From Spirochaetia bacterium (GTDB lineage: Bacteria > Spirochaetota > Spirochaetia > SZUA-6 > Bin103), in NCBI GenBank assembly GCA_965199955.1, contig CBDATQ010000002.1, positions 1,152,001 to 1,216,000 on the forward strand: a stretch of 64,000 nt of DNA, in the 5' to 3' direction. The notes under the pieces were generated by a model. The model saw only the letters and a list, made by a program, of their open reading frames with translations. It ran no database searches and was not told the origin of the DNA. A program made the position numbers and the translations under genes. Below are positions 9,415 to 18,855 of the stretch, piece after piece. Numbering within the stretch: the first letter of the stretch is position 1; each line of letters begins with the position of its first letter.

Positions 9415-10425
9415 TCAGGGCGTCGAGCAGACCTCCGCCTCGGCACGCGCCAGCAGTGCCTTCATGTACCCGATCGTGTAGGCGGTTTCGGCGCGGCCGT
9501 CGTCGCTCATGATCGGGATGTGGTCCGGGATCAGCACGCCGCGGAAGCCCACGGCCTGCAGCTCCCTCATCACGGGGTACATGTCGGCGTAGCCGTCGTC
9601 CACGAAGGTCTCCACGAAGTGCGGCAACGGGGCGTTCACGTTGCGGAAGTGGACCTTGTGGATCTTGCCCTGCGCGCCGAAGTGGCGGATGGACTCGATC
9701 GCCCCCTTGCCCATCAGGTCGCCGCCCTCCAGCCAGCAGCCCACGCAGAAGCAGATGCCGACGTTGGGGCTGTCGGCGATCTCCATGGCGCGCTGGTAGC
9801 CGTCGAAGCTCGAGAAGATGCAACGCGGCACGCCCGCCAGCATCGGCAGCGGCGGATCGTCGGGATGGATCCCGATCAGGACGCCCGCGTCCTCGGCGAC
9901 CGGCGCCACCTCTCGGATGAAGTGGCTGAAGTTGTCCCAGATCTCCTGTTCCGAGTACTCGCGCCCGTGCGAAAGCGGCAGGTGGTAGCACCGGTCCTGC
10001 CACCTGCCCGACGGGTCGTCCTCCATGTCCAGGGCGCGCGCCGACGCGCCGCCGCGGGTCTCCTCGCGGCCGCTGGTCCAGATGCCGTTGGCCATGTGGG
10101 CGTAGGTGGTGTAGGGGATGCCGGCCTTGCCGAGCGCCCGCAGGTGGCGCTGGTACTCGGCGATCTTGGCGTCGCGGTCGGCCAGGTTCAGGACGATGGC
10201 GTCCTGGTTGTGTACGCCGGAGTTGCCGAAGCCGTAGATCGTCAGCCCGTGCTTCTCGAACAGCTCGCGCCGGCTCGCGTAGTAGTCGTAGCCGGCGTGC
10301 TCGGGACCGGTCCACGCCACGGCGTACTCGACGCCCATCTGCCGTACGAAGCGGAAGTCGGACTCGGTGGGCTCGGCGCTCATCTGCGCCGCGATCTTCA
10401 TTCCCGTGGGGATCGATTCGCTCAT
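9415..10425 (-). CDS. Mannonate dehydratase (UxuA) family protein
   Basis: IHPDDPP, GICFCVGCW, VHFRNV, ETFVDDG, IPDHIP. Confidence 0.85.
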   Translation of the reverse strand: MSESIPTGMKIAAQMSAEPTESDFRFVRQMGVEYAVAWTGPEHAGYDYYASRRELFEKHGLTIYGFGNSGVHNQDAIVLNLADRDAKIAEYQRHLRALGKAGIPYTTYAHMANGIWTSGREETRGGASARALDMEDDPSGRWQDRCYHLPLSHGREYSEQEIWDNFSHFIREVAPVAEDAGVLIGIHPDDPPLPMLAGVPRCIFSSFDGYQRAMEIADSPNVGICFCVGCWLEGGDLMGKGAIESIRHFGAQGKIHKVHFRNVNAPLPHFVETFVDDGYADMYPVMRELQAVGFRGVLIPDHIPIMSDDGRAETAYTIGYMKALLARAEAEVCSTP

Positions 10426-10972
10426 GTCGTCGTCTCCTCCCGGACCAGGGCGCCGTTTCGGTGCTCCCTCAGCGACACCCGCAGATCCGTGCCGGCCTCC
10501 AGGCCGGTGAGCTCAATACTATGCACCCGTCCGTCAGCGAGCGAGACCTCGATGTCGTCCGGTCCCGACGCGTGTACCTCGCGTATGGCGGCCGAGTTGC
10601 GGAACGGCTCCAGTACGTTGAGGAAGCGGGCTTCCTTGCGGTAGTACTTGACCGCGATCGGTTGGCGACTTCGTACTGGAGCAACGCCGTGAGCACGCCG
10701 AACACCGTGGGCGTGACCACGAACGCGACGCTGTAGCCGATCGTGTTGCGCATGAGCAGCGTGAAGTCCTGGGACGTGAACAGGTAGTCGAAGTTCCTGA
10801 ATCCCACCCACGGGCTGCCGAAGATGCCGCGGTTGAATTTGTAGTTCTTGAACGCCATGACGACCCCGCCCATCGGCAGATAGTGAAACAGCAGCAGGTA
10901 GATGAGTGCCGGCGCGGCCAGCGCCGTGTATTCGAGCGACGAGCGGAGTCGCCGTCGCTTCAGCGCCGTCAA
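10422..10972 (-). pseudogene. Chimeric remnant: 5' part of an LplB-type permease joined to the 3' tail of an unrelated (possibly heparinase II/III-like) gene
   Basis: YLPMGGVVMAFKNYK...GSPWVGFRNF...LLQYEVANR, then a frameshift and KYY|RKEARFLNVLEPF...EETTT*. Confidence 0.7.
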
Positions 10973-10997
10973 CGGCTCCCGACGCTCCGCCCGAGGG

Positions 10998-11966
10998 CTA
11001 ATCGGCGAAGTCGGCCGCTTCGCGAGGGGCGAACGGGTAGGGGCTGCCGGTGTCGTGCAGGTGCTGGATCAGGTGCTGGTACTTCAGCATCTCGGCGAGC
11101 TTGCTGCGCCATTGCGTGGCGTAGAAGGCGGTGTGCTCCGAGAAGTAGCGCCGCGTCTCGGGCGCCGTGCCGTCCAGGTAGTCGGGGGCCAGGAACCACG
11201 GCTGATCGCTGTACTGATCGAGCCCGCGCCGGGCCAGCGTGGCTTCGGTCACGCGCCGCTTGCGGAAGCTGATCATGAAGGTACGGCGGGGCGGCTCGCG
11301 GTGGTAGCGGCCGCGGTGGATGACGATCTGGTTGAACAGCACGGCGTCCCCCGGTTGCAGGGCGAGGCGGACCGCGCCCGGCATGTCGTGGGAGCGCCGG
11401 TTGGCGCCGTCGTCGTCCACGCAGATGTGCCGCTCCGCGTCGGTGAAGTCGCGCACGTGGGAGCCCGGGACGACCTGCAGGTCCTCGCTCGGGACCAGCG
11501 CGACCTGCACCTGCAGGCCGCTGCCGGTGGCGTGGTCGCGCGGATCGTCGGCTTCCGGGCCGATCGCGTCCTTGTGCCAGAAGCCGTCGAGCGGCTCGCC
11601 GACAGGGTTGAAGTACATGCTGGTGCTGGTGAACACGGAGGGCTCGCCCAGCGCCTGGTCGACCGCGTCCAGCACGGCCGGCGCCGCCGCGGCGTCCAGG
11701 ACGGCGGCCAGGTCCTCGGGCCGGCCGCGGTGGTAGGCGGGGTTGTTCAGGTGGCGCATGTGGTTGGCGAGCGAGTCGACCGGCGGGTTGTCGCTCAGGG
11801 GGCGCTCCCGCCACTGGGCGAGGACCCGCTCGCAGATCGGCAGCAGCCGCGCGACGCGGTCGGCGTCGAAGATGCCGCGGACGACCGCGTAGCCGGTGCG
11901 GCGGTACCCGTCGCCGGGGTCCGTGTTGATGGCAGGTTGCGTCATTTCGTTCCCGGTCTCAGTCAT
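10998..11966 (-). CDS. Phytanoyl-CoA dioxygenase (PhyH) family Fe/2-oxoglutarate dioxygenase
   Basis: GYAVVRGIF, FWHKD (HxD), VVPGSH, GDAVLFNQIVIHRG. Confidence 0.85.
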   Translation of the reverse strand: MTETGNEMTQPAINTDPGDGYRRTGYAVVRGIFDADRVARLLPICERVLAQWRERPLSDNPPVDSLANHMRHLNNPAYHRGRPEDLAAVLDAAAAPAVLDAVDQALGEPSVFTSTSMYFNPVGEPLDGFWHKDAIGPEADDPRDHATGSGLQVQVALVPSEDLQVVPGSHVRDFTDAERHICVDDDGANRRSHDMPGAVRLALQPGDAVLFNQIVIHRGRYHREPPRRTFMISFRKRRVTEATLARRGLDQYSDQPWFLAPDYLDGTAPETRRYFSEHTAFYATQWRSKLAEMLKYQHLIQHLHDTGSPYPFAPREAADFAD

Positions 11967-11980
11967 CGTTTGAGCTCCTT

Positions 11981-13081
11981 TCAGGCATAGAGCCATTCGA
12001 TGTCGAAGATGGCGCCCTTGAGCGACATGGCCGCCCGGCCGAGCTTGCCCGGATGCTCCGGGTTCTCCATCTGCGAAGTCAGGTAGGTGACGACCGCCTT
12101 CCCCTCACGCGTGTAGGAGCAGGCGACGTTCGTGAATTCGATGACGGGATCGTCTTCCAGATCCCTGGGTGGGCCCCAGGTGGTTCCACCATCGGTGGAC
12201 ACCGCGCAGGTCAGCGGCGTGCGCTTGCCGGAGTGGTCGTAGGTGGGGTCGAACTCCGAGTGGTTCCAGATCAGCAGCAGGTCGCCGGTCGTAGGGATGC
12301 GCGTCAGGCTCGGCATCGACTCGCAGCAGGACAGCCCGGAAGTCTGCGGCAGGCTCCAGGTCTCGCCGCGATCCGTCGAGCGGCTCAGGAACACTGAGCC
12401 GAGCTGGTTGCGCATGCACATCTGCAGCCCGCCCTGCGCGGTCTCGACGACGTGGTTCTCCATGGTCCCGCGCAGCGGCAATTGCACGAGGCTTGCCGGC
12501 GGCCGCCACGTCCGGCCGTCGTCATCGCTCACGAAACAGCCCGACCGGGAGGTCATCGCGGGGTAGGAGCCCCACACCGGCAGGTACTCGACCGACTTCA
12601 GCAGTCGTCCGTCGTCCAGCCGCGTGAAGGTGTGGTTGGCGCAGCCGTAGCCCTCGTGGTCCCAGATGCGGCTCTCCTCGCCCCACGTGCGCCCGCCGTC
12701 GGCGGAGCGGCGCAGGCAGCCGGATGCCTGCAACGGCTCGTTCCACACCAGTCGGTGGTACTGCAGGTAGAAGAACAACAGCTCGCCACCCGGCAGGACG
12801 ATCAGGCTGGGGTTGTAGACGCTGTGGATGTCGCCGCCCGGCGACTGCTCGATGCGATGCTCGCCCCAGGTCAGGCCGCCGTCGGTCGAGCGCATGGACG
12901 CGATGCTGGACGGCGCCTCGTCGTGGCCGCCGAGCTCGCTGGCATGCATCTCGATCCAGACCATGAACAGGCTGCCGTCGTCGAGCTGCACGATCGACGC
13001 CGAATCGTTGCGCGGATGGGCGTCGGTCGCCGGCGCGATCTCAACGTAGGTGACAAGCCGGTCGCTGCGGCGGCCCTCCAT
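11981..13081 (-). CDS. Exo-alpha-sialidase/BNR-repeat family protein
   Basis: PRNDSASI; five Asp boxes; DLLLIWNH; RTPLTCAVS. Confidence 0.8.
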   Translation of the reverse strand: MEGRRSDRLVTYVEIAPATDAHPRNDSASIVQLDDGSLFMVWIEMHASELGGHDEAPSSIASMRSTDGGLTWGEHRIEQSPGGDIHSVYNPSLIVLPGGELLFFYLQYHRLVWNEPLQASGCLRRSADGGRTWGEESRIWDHEGYGCANHTFTRLDDGRLLKSVEYLPVWGSYPAMTSRSGCFVSDDDGRTWRPPASLVQLPLRGTMENHVVETAQGGLQMCMRNQLGSVFLSRSTDRGETWSLPQTSGLSCCESMPSLTRIPTTGDLLLIWNHSEFDPTYDHSGKRTPLTCAVSTDGGTTWGPPRDLEDDPVIEFTNVACSYTREGKAVVTYLTSQMENPEHPGKLGRAAMSLKGAIFDIEWLYA

Positions 13082-13842
13082 CAGATCTTCCCGGCCTTGC
13101 GGAGGTCGTCGGCGAGCTCGCGCTGGTAGGCCTCGTGCTCCTCGGTGCGCTCGCGGGCGCTTGCGCCATAGTAGATCATGCCGACCGCGCGGCGCTGGCG
13201 GTCGGCCGCCCGGTTGGCGCCGGCGCGGTGGATGGTCAGCGCGTGGTGGGCGATCAGGTCGCCGGCCGCGGCCGGGCAGGCCACCTCGTCAGCCAGATCC
13301 TTCCGGTTGCCGAAGTCGGGGACCCCCTGCGAGAAGCCCAGGGTCTGCGTGCGTTGATGGTCGCGCACGCCGCGCAGGTGCGAGCCGCGCACGAAGTGCA
13401 GGCAGCCGTTCTCCTCGTCCACGTCGTCGAGCGCCAGCCACAGGGTCAGTGCGGAGCACGGCTCCAGGTGGAAGTAGAACCCGTCCTGGTGCGGCGGAGT
13501 CGCCTTGCTCAGGCCGCCGGGCGGCTTGATGAAGATCTGCTGGTTGATGGGCCGAGACTCCTCGCCGAGCAGCAGCGCCGCCATCTGCGGCATGGCGCCG
13601 CGGTGCAGCAGGGCATGGAAGTACCGGTCGTGATCGGCCAGGCGGACGAGCTGCTTGAGCGTCTCCGGCCGGCTCTTGTCCTCGTAGTAGGCGTCGGTGC
13701 CGGGAATGGCCGGCACCACCTCGGCGACGTAACGGTCGAGCTCCGCCAGCACCTCGGCGACTTGGCTTGGCGAGTAGAAGCGCTCGATGCGGACGAAGCC
13801 GTCCTCCGCGAAGCGCTCCTCGGGGGAATCAGCGTTCCTCAT
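13081..13842 (-). CDS. PhyH family dioxygenase
   Basis: KPPG, TPPHQDGFY, WLALDDVDEENGCL, GSHL, TIHRAGAN. Confidence 0.9.
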   Translation of the reverse strand: MRNADSPEERFAEDGFVRIERFYSPSQVAEVLAELDRYVAEVVPAIPGTDAYYEDKSRPETLKQLVRLADHDRYFHALLHRGAMPQMAALLLGEESRPINQQIFIKPPGGLSKATPPHQDGFYFHLEPCSALTLWLALDDVDEENGCLHFVRGSHLRGVRDHQRTQTLGFSQGVPDFGNRKDLADEVACPAAAGDLIAHHALTIHRAGANRAADRQRRAVGMIYYGASARERTEEHEAYQRELADDLRKAGKI

Positions 13843-13899
13843 CGCAAGCGACCGTAGGAGCGGACCGTCCGTCCGTCAACCTGCTACCCTGTCGCCACG

Positions 13900-15243
13900 T
13901 TGCCGGTGACCTTCGACTGGGCGGGCAGCCGCTGGCAGGACCCCTGGACCGGAACCGAGGTGGTGCGCCTGGTGCCCGAGGAGGGGCTGCACGTGCGCAT
14001 TAGCTACTTCCGGTCGACCGCGCTCACGCGCGACGGCGCCCTGCTCGTGCTGCGTGGCGACGACCCGGAGGGCCGCCGGCCGTCCTGCCTCTGGGCCATC
14101 GACCTGCAGAGCGGCCACGCCGAGCGCATCCACGAGTACCGGGTCTTCGACGACGGCAGCGATGGCCTGGCCGGCTGGGCGGTCTCGCCGCAGTCGCATC
14201 TGCTGCACGTGGCGGAGCACTCGGGCGACCGGCCGGAGATCGTGCGCATCGACCTGGACGACGGCGCGAAGACCCGCATCGAGCCCGAACGCCCGCTGCC
14301 GCCTGTCGTGTTCGCCGAGTGCACGGCCGACGACCGCTACACGTTCGCCTACGAGGCGCTGAAGGACCGCGACCTGCCTGCCGGCACGACGCCTCTGGAG
14401 CGGTCGGCGATCCTGGGTTCGGAGCCCGGCCCCAACCTGATGTACCGGATCGACCTGGTGACGGGGGCCGTCGACACGATCGTCGAAACGGACCGGTTCT
14501 GGGTCGGCCATCCCAACCCCAATCCGGTCGATCCGTCACTCTTCATGTGCTGCCAGGAGGGCTACTACTTCACCGAGCGCTACCGGCGCCCGGTCGACAT
14601 GCAGCGCCAGCGCATCGTCGACCTGTCCACTGGCCGCTGGCTCGACCTGCAGGGAAGGCTGCGCTCGCGCGGCACCCACGAGCACTGGAGCGCCGACGGC
14701 GCGCGGGTCTATTCGCACGGCTGGCCCTTCGCGTGCCACGCCATCTACGTGAACGACCTCGAGCGGGAGCGCGCGACCCGCTACATCGGGCGCCCGCACG
14801 TGGGCAATTCCATCCATATGACACCTGCGCCCGACGAGTCGTTCATGACCGGCGACGGGCGCAGCTTCAGCGTCGTCGACCTCGGCCTCATCGAGAGCCT
14901 GGGGCAGGACGCGAGTCCCACCTCGACCCACCCGTGGGACGGGCTGCACAACAGTGCCTCCGCCACCGAGGTCATCTGGAAGTTCGATCTGCCCGAACGG
15001 ACGCTGTGGCCGGAGGTGCGGGAGTTCCAGACCGAGGCGGAGGCGCACCAGGCGATCGCCGAGAACCCCGATCACGTGGTCGGAACCACCCCGATCTGCC
15101 GTTTCCGCAGCATGCCGCGGCTGAAGATGAGGGCCGGCCGCTTCGAGACCAACGTGCACGTCACCCGCGACAGCCGCTGGGCGGTGTTCCAGTCGGCGAG
15201 CGAGCAGGGTCTGTACGAGGTCTGGGCCGCGCGCGTGACGTAG
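13900..15243 (+). CDS. Oligogalacturonate lyase-like beta-propeller protein
   Basis: WQDPWTGTEVVRL, WVGHPNPNPVDP, FMCCQEG, THEHWSADG. Confidence 0.6.
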   Translation: MPVTFDWAGSRWQDPWTGTEVVRLVPEEGLHVRISYFRSTALTRDGALLVLRGDDPEGRRPSCLWAIDLQSGHAERIHEYRVFDDGSDGLAGWAVSPQSHLLHVAEHSGDRPEIVRIDLDDGAKTRIEPERPLPPVVFAECTADDRYTFAYEALKDRDLPAGTTPLERSAILGSEPGPNLMYRIDLVTGAVDTIVETDRFWVGHPNPNPVDPSLFMCCQEGYYFTERYRRPVDMQRQRIVDLSTGRWLDLQGRLRSRGTHEHWSADGARVYSHGWPFACHAIYVNDLERERATRYIGRPHVGNSIHMTPAPDESFMTGDGRSFSVVDLGLIESLGQDASPTSTHPWDGLHNSASATEVIWKFDLPERTLWPEVREFQTEAEAHQAIAENPDHVVGTTPICRFRSMPRLKMRAGRFETNVHVTRDSRWAVFQSASEQGLYEVWAARVT

Positions 15244-15250
15244 CGCCCCT

Positions 15251-15555
15251 TTACAGCCGGGAAACGCTCCGGAACTCGTCGAACAGCCGCGGCAGGTCGA
15301 CCGCCGAGGTAGCTGTGCCCGTCCTGCCCGAAGTAGAGCTCGCCGTCGGTGGCCTCGAACTCCGAGTCGACGTCGATGGTGTAGCAGCCTCGTGCCAGGG
15401 CGAAGCGCACGGTGCGGCGTTCCGTGCACACGCGCTCCGGTTCGCTCCCGTCGGTGCCCTCGGCCGGCGCGAAGAACTCCCGCAGCGGCGGCGGCACGTC
15501 CACCTTGGGGACCCACTCGTTGCGCGCCGCCAGGACGACGGCATCCGCTGTCAGC
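15251..15555 (-). pseudogene. Internally deleted DUF6807-family gene remnant
   Basis: Fragments in different frames: ERRTVRF...YTIDVDSEFEA...FGQDGHSYLG, and C-terminus DLPRLFDEF. Confidence 0.5.
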
Positions 15556-15557
15556 CC

Positions 15558-16640
15558 TCAGCGACTCAGTTGCCGCACCATCCACGGGATCGACTCGCCG
15601 CCGTGGAACAGGTGCCCACCGGCGTACCGGTGGATCCCCAGGTGCTCACGTGCGCCGAGCAGCGTGTACGCCTCCGCGACCATGTCGAAGGCGGGCTGAT
15701 ACGGATAGCCCGTGTCCGACTCGCCCGACTCGACGAACTGCGGCCGCGGCGCGATCAGGGCGGAGATGTCGGGCATGTCGCACAGGCGGCCGATGCCGAA
15801 GGGGTGGTGGCAGATGCAGTGGCTGTGCCAGACGGTCTGCACGAAGGTGGTGAAGAAGCCGGAGAGCACCACTGCCCGCACGCGGCGGTCCAGCGCGGTG
15901 AGCACCTGCGACAGCCAGCAGCCTCCCGACAGGCCGGCGCAGCCGATGCGCCGGGCGTCCACCTCGGGACGCGCCGCCAGCAGGTTGAGCGCCGCCATGA
16001 GTTCGAACACGCGCAGGCCGGTCAGGTCCAGGCCCACGTGGTTGAGCCGGAACCACAGTGCATGGCAGGGGCCGGGGCTCTTCGCCGGGTCGTGCTCGGG
16101 GCCGCCGCCGCGCTCCCCCACGCCGGCGTGCTCGGGCGCCAGGGCGACCAGGCCGCGGACGGCGAACTCGTGCGCGTAGGGGACGCCGACGTTGGCGACG
16201 GCCGCCTGTTCCGGGTCCGCCACCGCGCGGCTCTGGCCGTTCACGTGTCCATGTGGACACAGGACCGCGGCCCGCGGGGTGGCCGGTTCATCGTCACCAT
16301 CGGGTACCAGCAGGTAGGCGCGCGCCCAGTTGCCGGGCAGGGTCTCGTACGCCAGCTTGTGGCGCTTGTAGCCGTCGCACTCGACGGTCTCCAGGACGAC
16401 CGGCTGCGGGCGCGGCACCGGGCCAAGCCGCGACAGGGCCAGCGTGCGGCGCAGCGCGCGGCGCAGGCGGCCTCGCCAGGAGAGCCACGCCTCACGGTCG
16501 GCGGTCTGCGGGTACGGCAGCGCCCGCTCGAAGTCGAAGTAGTGGTCGTTCAGGTAGCGGAGGGTGCTCGGCGGCTCGTGCGGGCCCAGCGGGTGGCGCG
16601 GCTCGATCAGCGGCTGGCCGCTCTGGGTGACCCTTCTCAT
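15558..16640 (-). CDS. Alpha/beta hydrolase (Abhydrolase_7/dienelactone hydrolase-like)
   Basis: AVLCPHGH, RIGCAGLSGG nucleophile elbow, LIAPRP, GGHLF. Confidence 0.85.
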   Translation of the reverse strand: MRRVTQSGQPLIEPRHPLGPHEPPSTLRYLNDHYFDFERALPYPQTADREAWLSWRGRLRRALRRTLALSRLGPVPRPQPVVLETVECDGYKRHKLAYETLPGNWARAYLLVPDGDDEPATPRAAVLCPHGHVNGQSRAVADPEQAAVANVGVPYAHEFAVRGLVALAPEHAGVGERGGGPEHDPAKSPGPCHALWFRLNHVGLDLTGLRVFELMAALNLLAARPEVDARRIGCAGLSGGCWLSQVLTALDRRVRAVVLSGFFTTFVQTVWHSHCICHHPFGIGRLCDMPDISALIAPRPQFVESGESDTGYPYQPAFDMVAEAYTLLGAREHLGIHRYAGGHLFHGGESIPWMVRQLSR

Positions 16641-17415
16641 GCCGGGCTCAGGGTGTGGTCGATCCCCAGCTTGATCGAGCGCTCAGGATGCGCGTTCAGC
16701 GCCAGGTAGGCGTGGGCGGCGCGCGCCATCGGCACGATCGGATCGACCAGGGCCTCGGCCTGAAGCCGCCCTTCCTCCAGCAACGCCACCACCTCGGGCT
16801 TGATCCGCTCGTCCCAACTGTACTCGCGCGGCTGCGGCGGCACGGCGCTGCTCGATCGGGTCGCTGGCTGCCACCCAGCGCGCTCCGGACAGCTTGGCCA
16901 TCTGCACCGCCATCTGCCCGATGGCGCCGAGTCCGAACACGGCCACCCGCTCACCGAGCCGCACCTGCCCGTCGCGGATGCCGCCCAGGGCGTACATCGC
17001 CGCCTCGTCGTACACCAAGGTTCTGGTTGGAGACCGCATGCGGCACGGTCCGCAGGGAGAAGTGCTCCACCGGGATGACGTGGGTGTCGGCCACGCTGCC
17101 GTGCGCGTAGACCCGGTCGCCCACCTGCACGCCATGGCCCCGGGCACCGACCTCCGTCACGATGCCGACGAATCCCTCGCCGAGCTTCTTGGGGAAGCGG
17201 GGCACCGCCGGCTCTCCGCGCCGGTGCAGCCTGAGATCCGGGTCCTAGCGGTCGGTGGCGTCGGCCGAGTCGAACCGGAAGTCCCGGAACTCCGTGCCGT
17301 GCTTCACCGCGCTGAACCGGGTGGTTATCCGCACCTCGCCGGCCGCGAGCGGCGGATCCTCGTATTCGCGCAGGACGGCGTGACCGGGCCGGTCGGCGAT
17401 CAGCTCGAGCGGCAT
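16637..17415 (-). pseudogene. Zinc-binding (MDR) dehydrogenase pseudogene
   Basis: MPLELIA...SAVKHGTE, in-frame TAG near 17247, frameshifts, VAVFGLGAIGQ, internal deletion, C-terminus SIKLGI. Confidence 0.8.
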
Positions 17416-17446
17416 TCGGTGACGGTAGGGCCGGGCCGGTTCGGCG

Positions 17447-18781
17447 TCAACCAGCTACCAAGCCGTTTCCCGGCAGAAGTAGACGCGGTTCTGGAAGCCG
17501 GGATCCTCCCGGGTGCCCGGCACCGGTCGCGAGGTGCGGTCGAAGTAGAGGATCCCGCGGCCCCCCCGGCCACGGGACGCCCGACACCGGAAGCTCGTAC
17601 TTGGGCGATCGCGCCTCCGCGGCGGCCGGAAACGCTTCCTGGACGGTGAAGGTGGCGCCGCGGTCGCGCGAGACCAGCCACACGACCGGGTTGTCGGCGT
17701 CCGGGTCGGCGGCCGGCACCCTGCCGCCGGCAATCCCGCGCAGTCCCGGCCGGGTCGGCAGGTGACCGTCCCACCCGGAGTGATCGGCGGGCACCAGCGT
17801 GACGAGCGAGCGAAAGACGCCGTCCGCGTCGATCGTGAAGGTGCCGCGGCAGAACATGGCGCGGTGCCCGGGGTAAGCCGACCGGAGCGAAGCGTCGATC
17901 GATCGCTGGCGCCAGATGCCCGACTCGTCCGGCGATGCCAGGATCATCTCACCGGCACGGTTCAGGTGGTAGAGGTAGAGAACATGGGGCGTGCCCTCCG
18001 GGTCCAGCGCGATGCTGCCCTGCGCGGTCAGGACCGGCGGAGGGATCGACTCGTGCCGCAGGCCGGTGCTCTGACAGAGCACGTCCATGCCGCACGGGCG
18101 GGCCGGAGTCAGGGCCGGCTTGCCGCGGCAGGTGCGCCAGTTCCGTCCCCCGTCCGGTGACTGCAGGTAGACGATCGCCTGGTGGATGCCGCGCTGCTCG
18201 TGGGTGCCCTCGTAGATGTCGCACACCAGGTGCAGCACGCCGTCGCCGTCGAAGCGGAGGCCGCAGGCGAAGCAGGCGTATCCGGGGTAGTCGGCCAGCC
18301 GGTCGATGACCTTGCCGACGTGGTGCCACGGCCCGTCGGGCGGCCGGCGATACAGCTCCAGGCCGTTCTGAGCGCCGTGGCGCATGCCGAGGTAGAGGTT
18401 CCCGTCGGGCCTGCAGACCAGGCAGGGGTAGGTGCCGTCGGCGATCTCCTCCGGATCGGTCCACGCCGACGCGTCGTTGGCCGCGCGTGAGCGCCGGTAG
18501 GTGCAGGCCGTGTTGTGACCGCTCAGGACCGCGTGCAGAAACCCGTCGGCGTCGGCCACCAACACCGCGCGGGCGTGGTCGTCGTAGGCGCTGCCCAGGG
18601 TGCAGGTGGGAGACCATTCGCCGCTGTCGAGATCCAGCGTGCGCACGCGGTTGAAGTAGCCCTCCGGGGTGACGTCCTGCCACGTCACGTGCGTGCGGCG
18701 GCCCACGGTGACGATCTTGTTGCCGCCCTCGTTGGTCGCCGACTGGCTGCCGGCGGTGGAGATCAGGTCGCAGTTGCGCAT
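17447..18781 (-). CDS. BNR-4 repeat-containing protein
   Basis: DDHARAVLVADADGFLH, TYPCL, SPDGGRNW, SRDRGATF. Confidence 0.7.
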   Translation of the reverse strand: MRNCDLISTAGSQSATNEGGNKIVTVGRRTHVTWQDVTPEGYFNRVRTLDLDSGEWSPTCTLGSAYDDHARAVLVADADGFLHAVLSGHNTACTYRRSRAANDASAWTDPEEIADGTYPCLVCRPDGNLYLGMRHGAQNGLELYRRPPDGPWHHVGKVIDRLADYPGYACFACGLRFDGDGVLHLVCDIYEGTHEQRGIHQAIVYLQSPDGGRNWRTCRGKPALTPARPCGMDVLCQSTGLRHESIPPPVLTAQGSIALDPEGTPHVLYLYHLNRAGEMILASPDESGIWRQRSIDASLRSAYPGHRAMFCRGTFTIDADGVFRSLVTLVPADHSGWDGHLPTRPGLRGIAGGRVPAADPDADNPVVWLVSRDRGATFTVQEAFPAAAEARSPKYELPVSGVPWPGGPRDPLLRPHLATGAGHPGGSRLPEPRLLLPGNGLVAG

Positions 18782-18855
18782 GAGGAATCATCCTACGGCC
18801 ATCCGCACGCGTCGACCCGTAGCTCGGGGGCCCGTCCACCTGCTACCATGGACTC

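Noticed and set aside
15251..15555. Methane monooxygenase (DUF6807 proteins are often labelled PmoA)
   Set aside because: A soluble fragment with no transmembrane helices and no pmoCB; the label is misleading.
14319..16709. Long shadow ORFs (also 52102-54591, 5139-6890, 60701-62410, 62704-63939)
   Set aside because: They are antisense or alternate-frame to well-supported genes, as expected at high GC.
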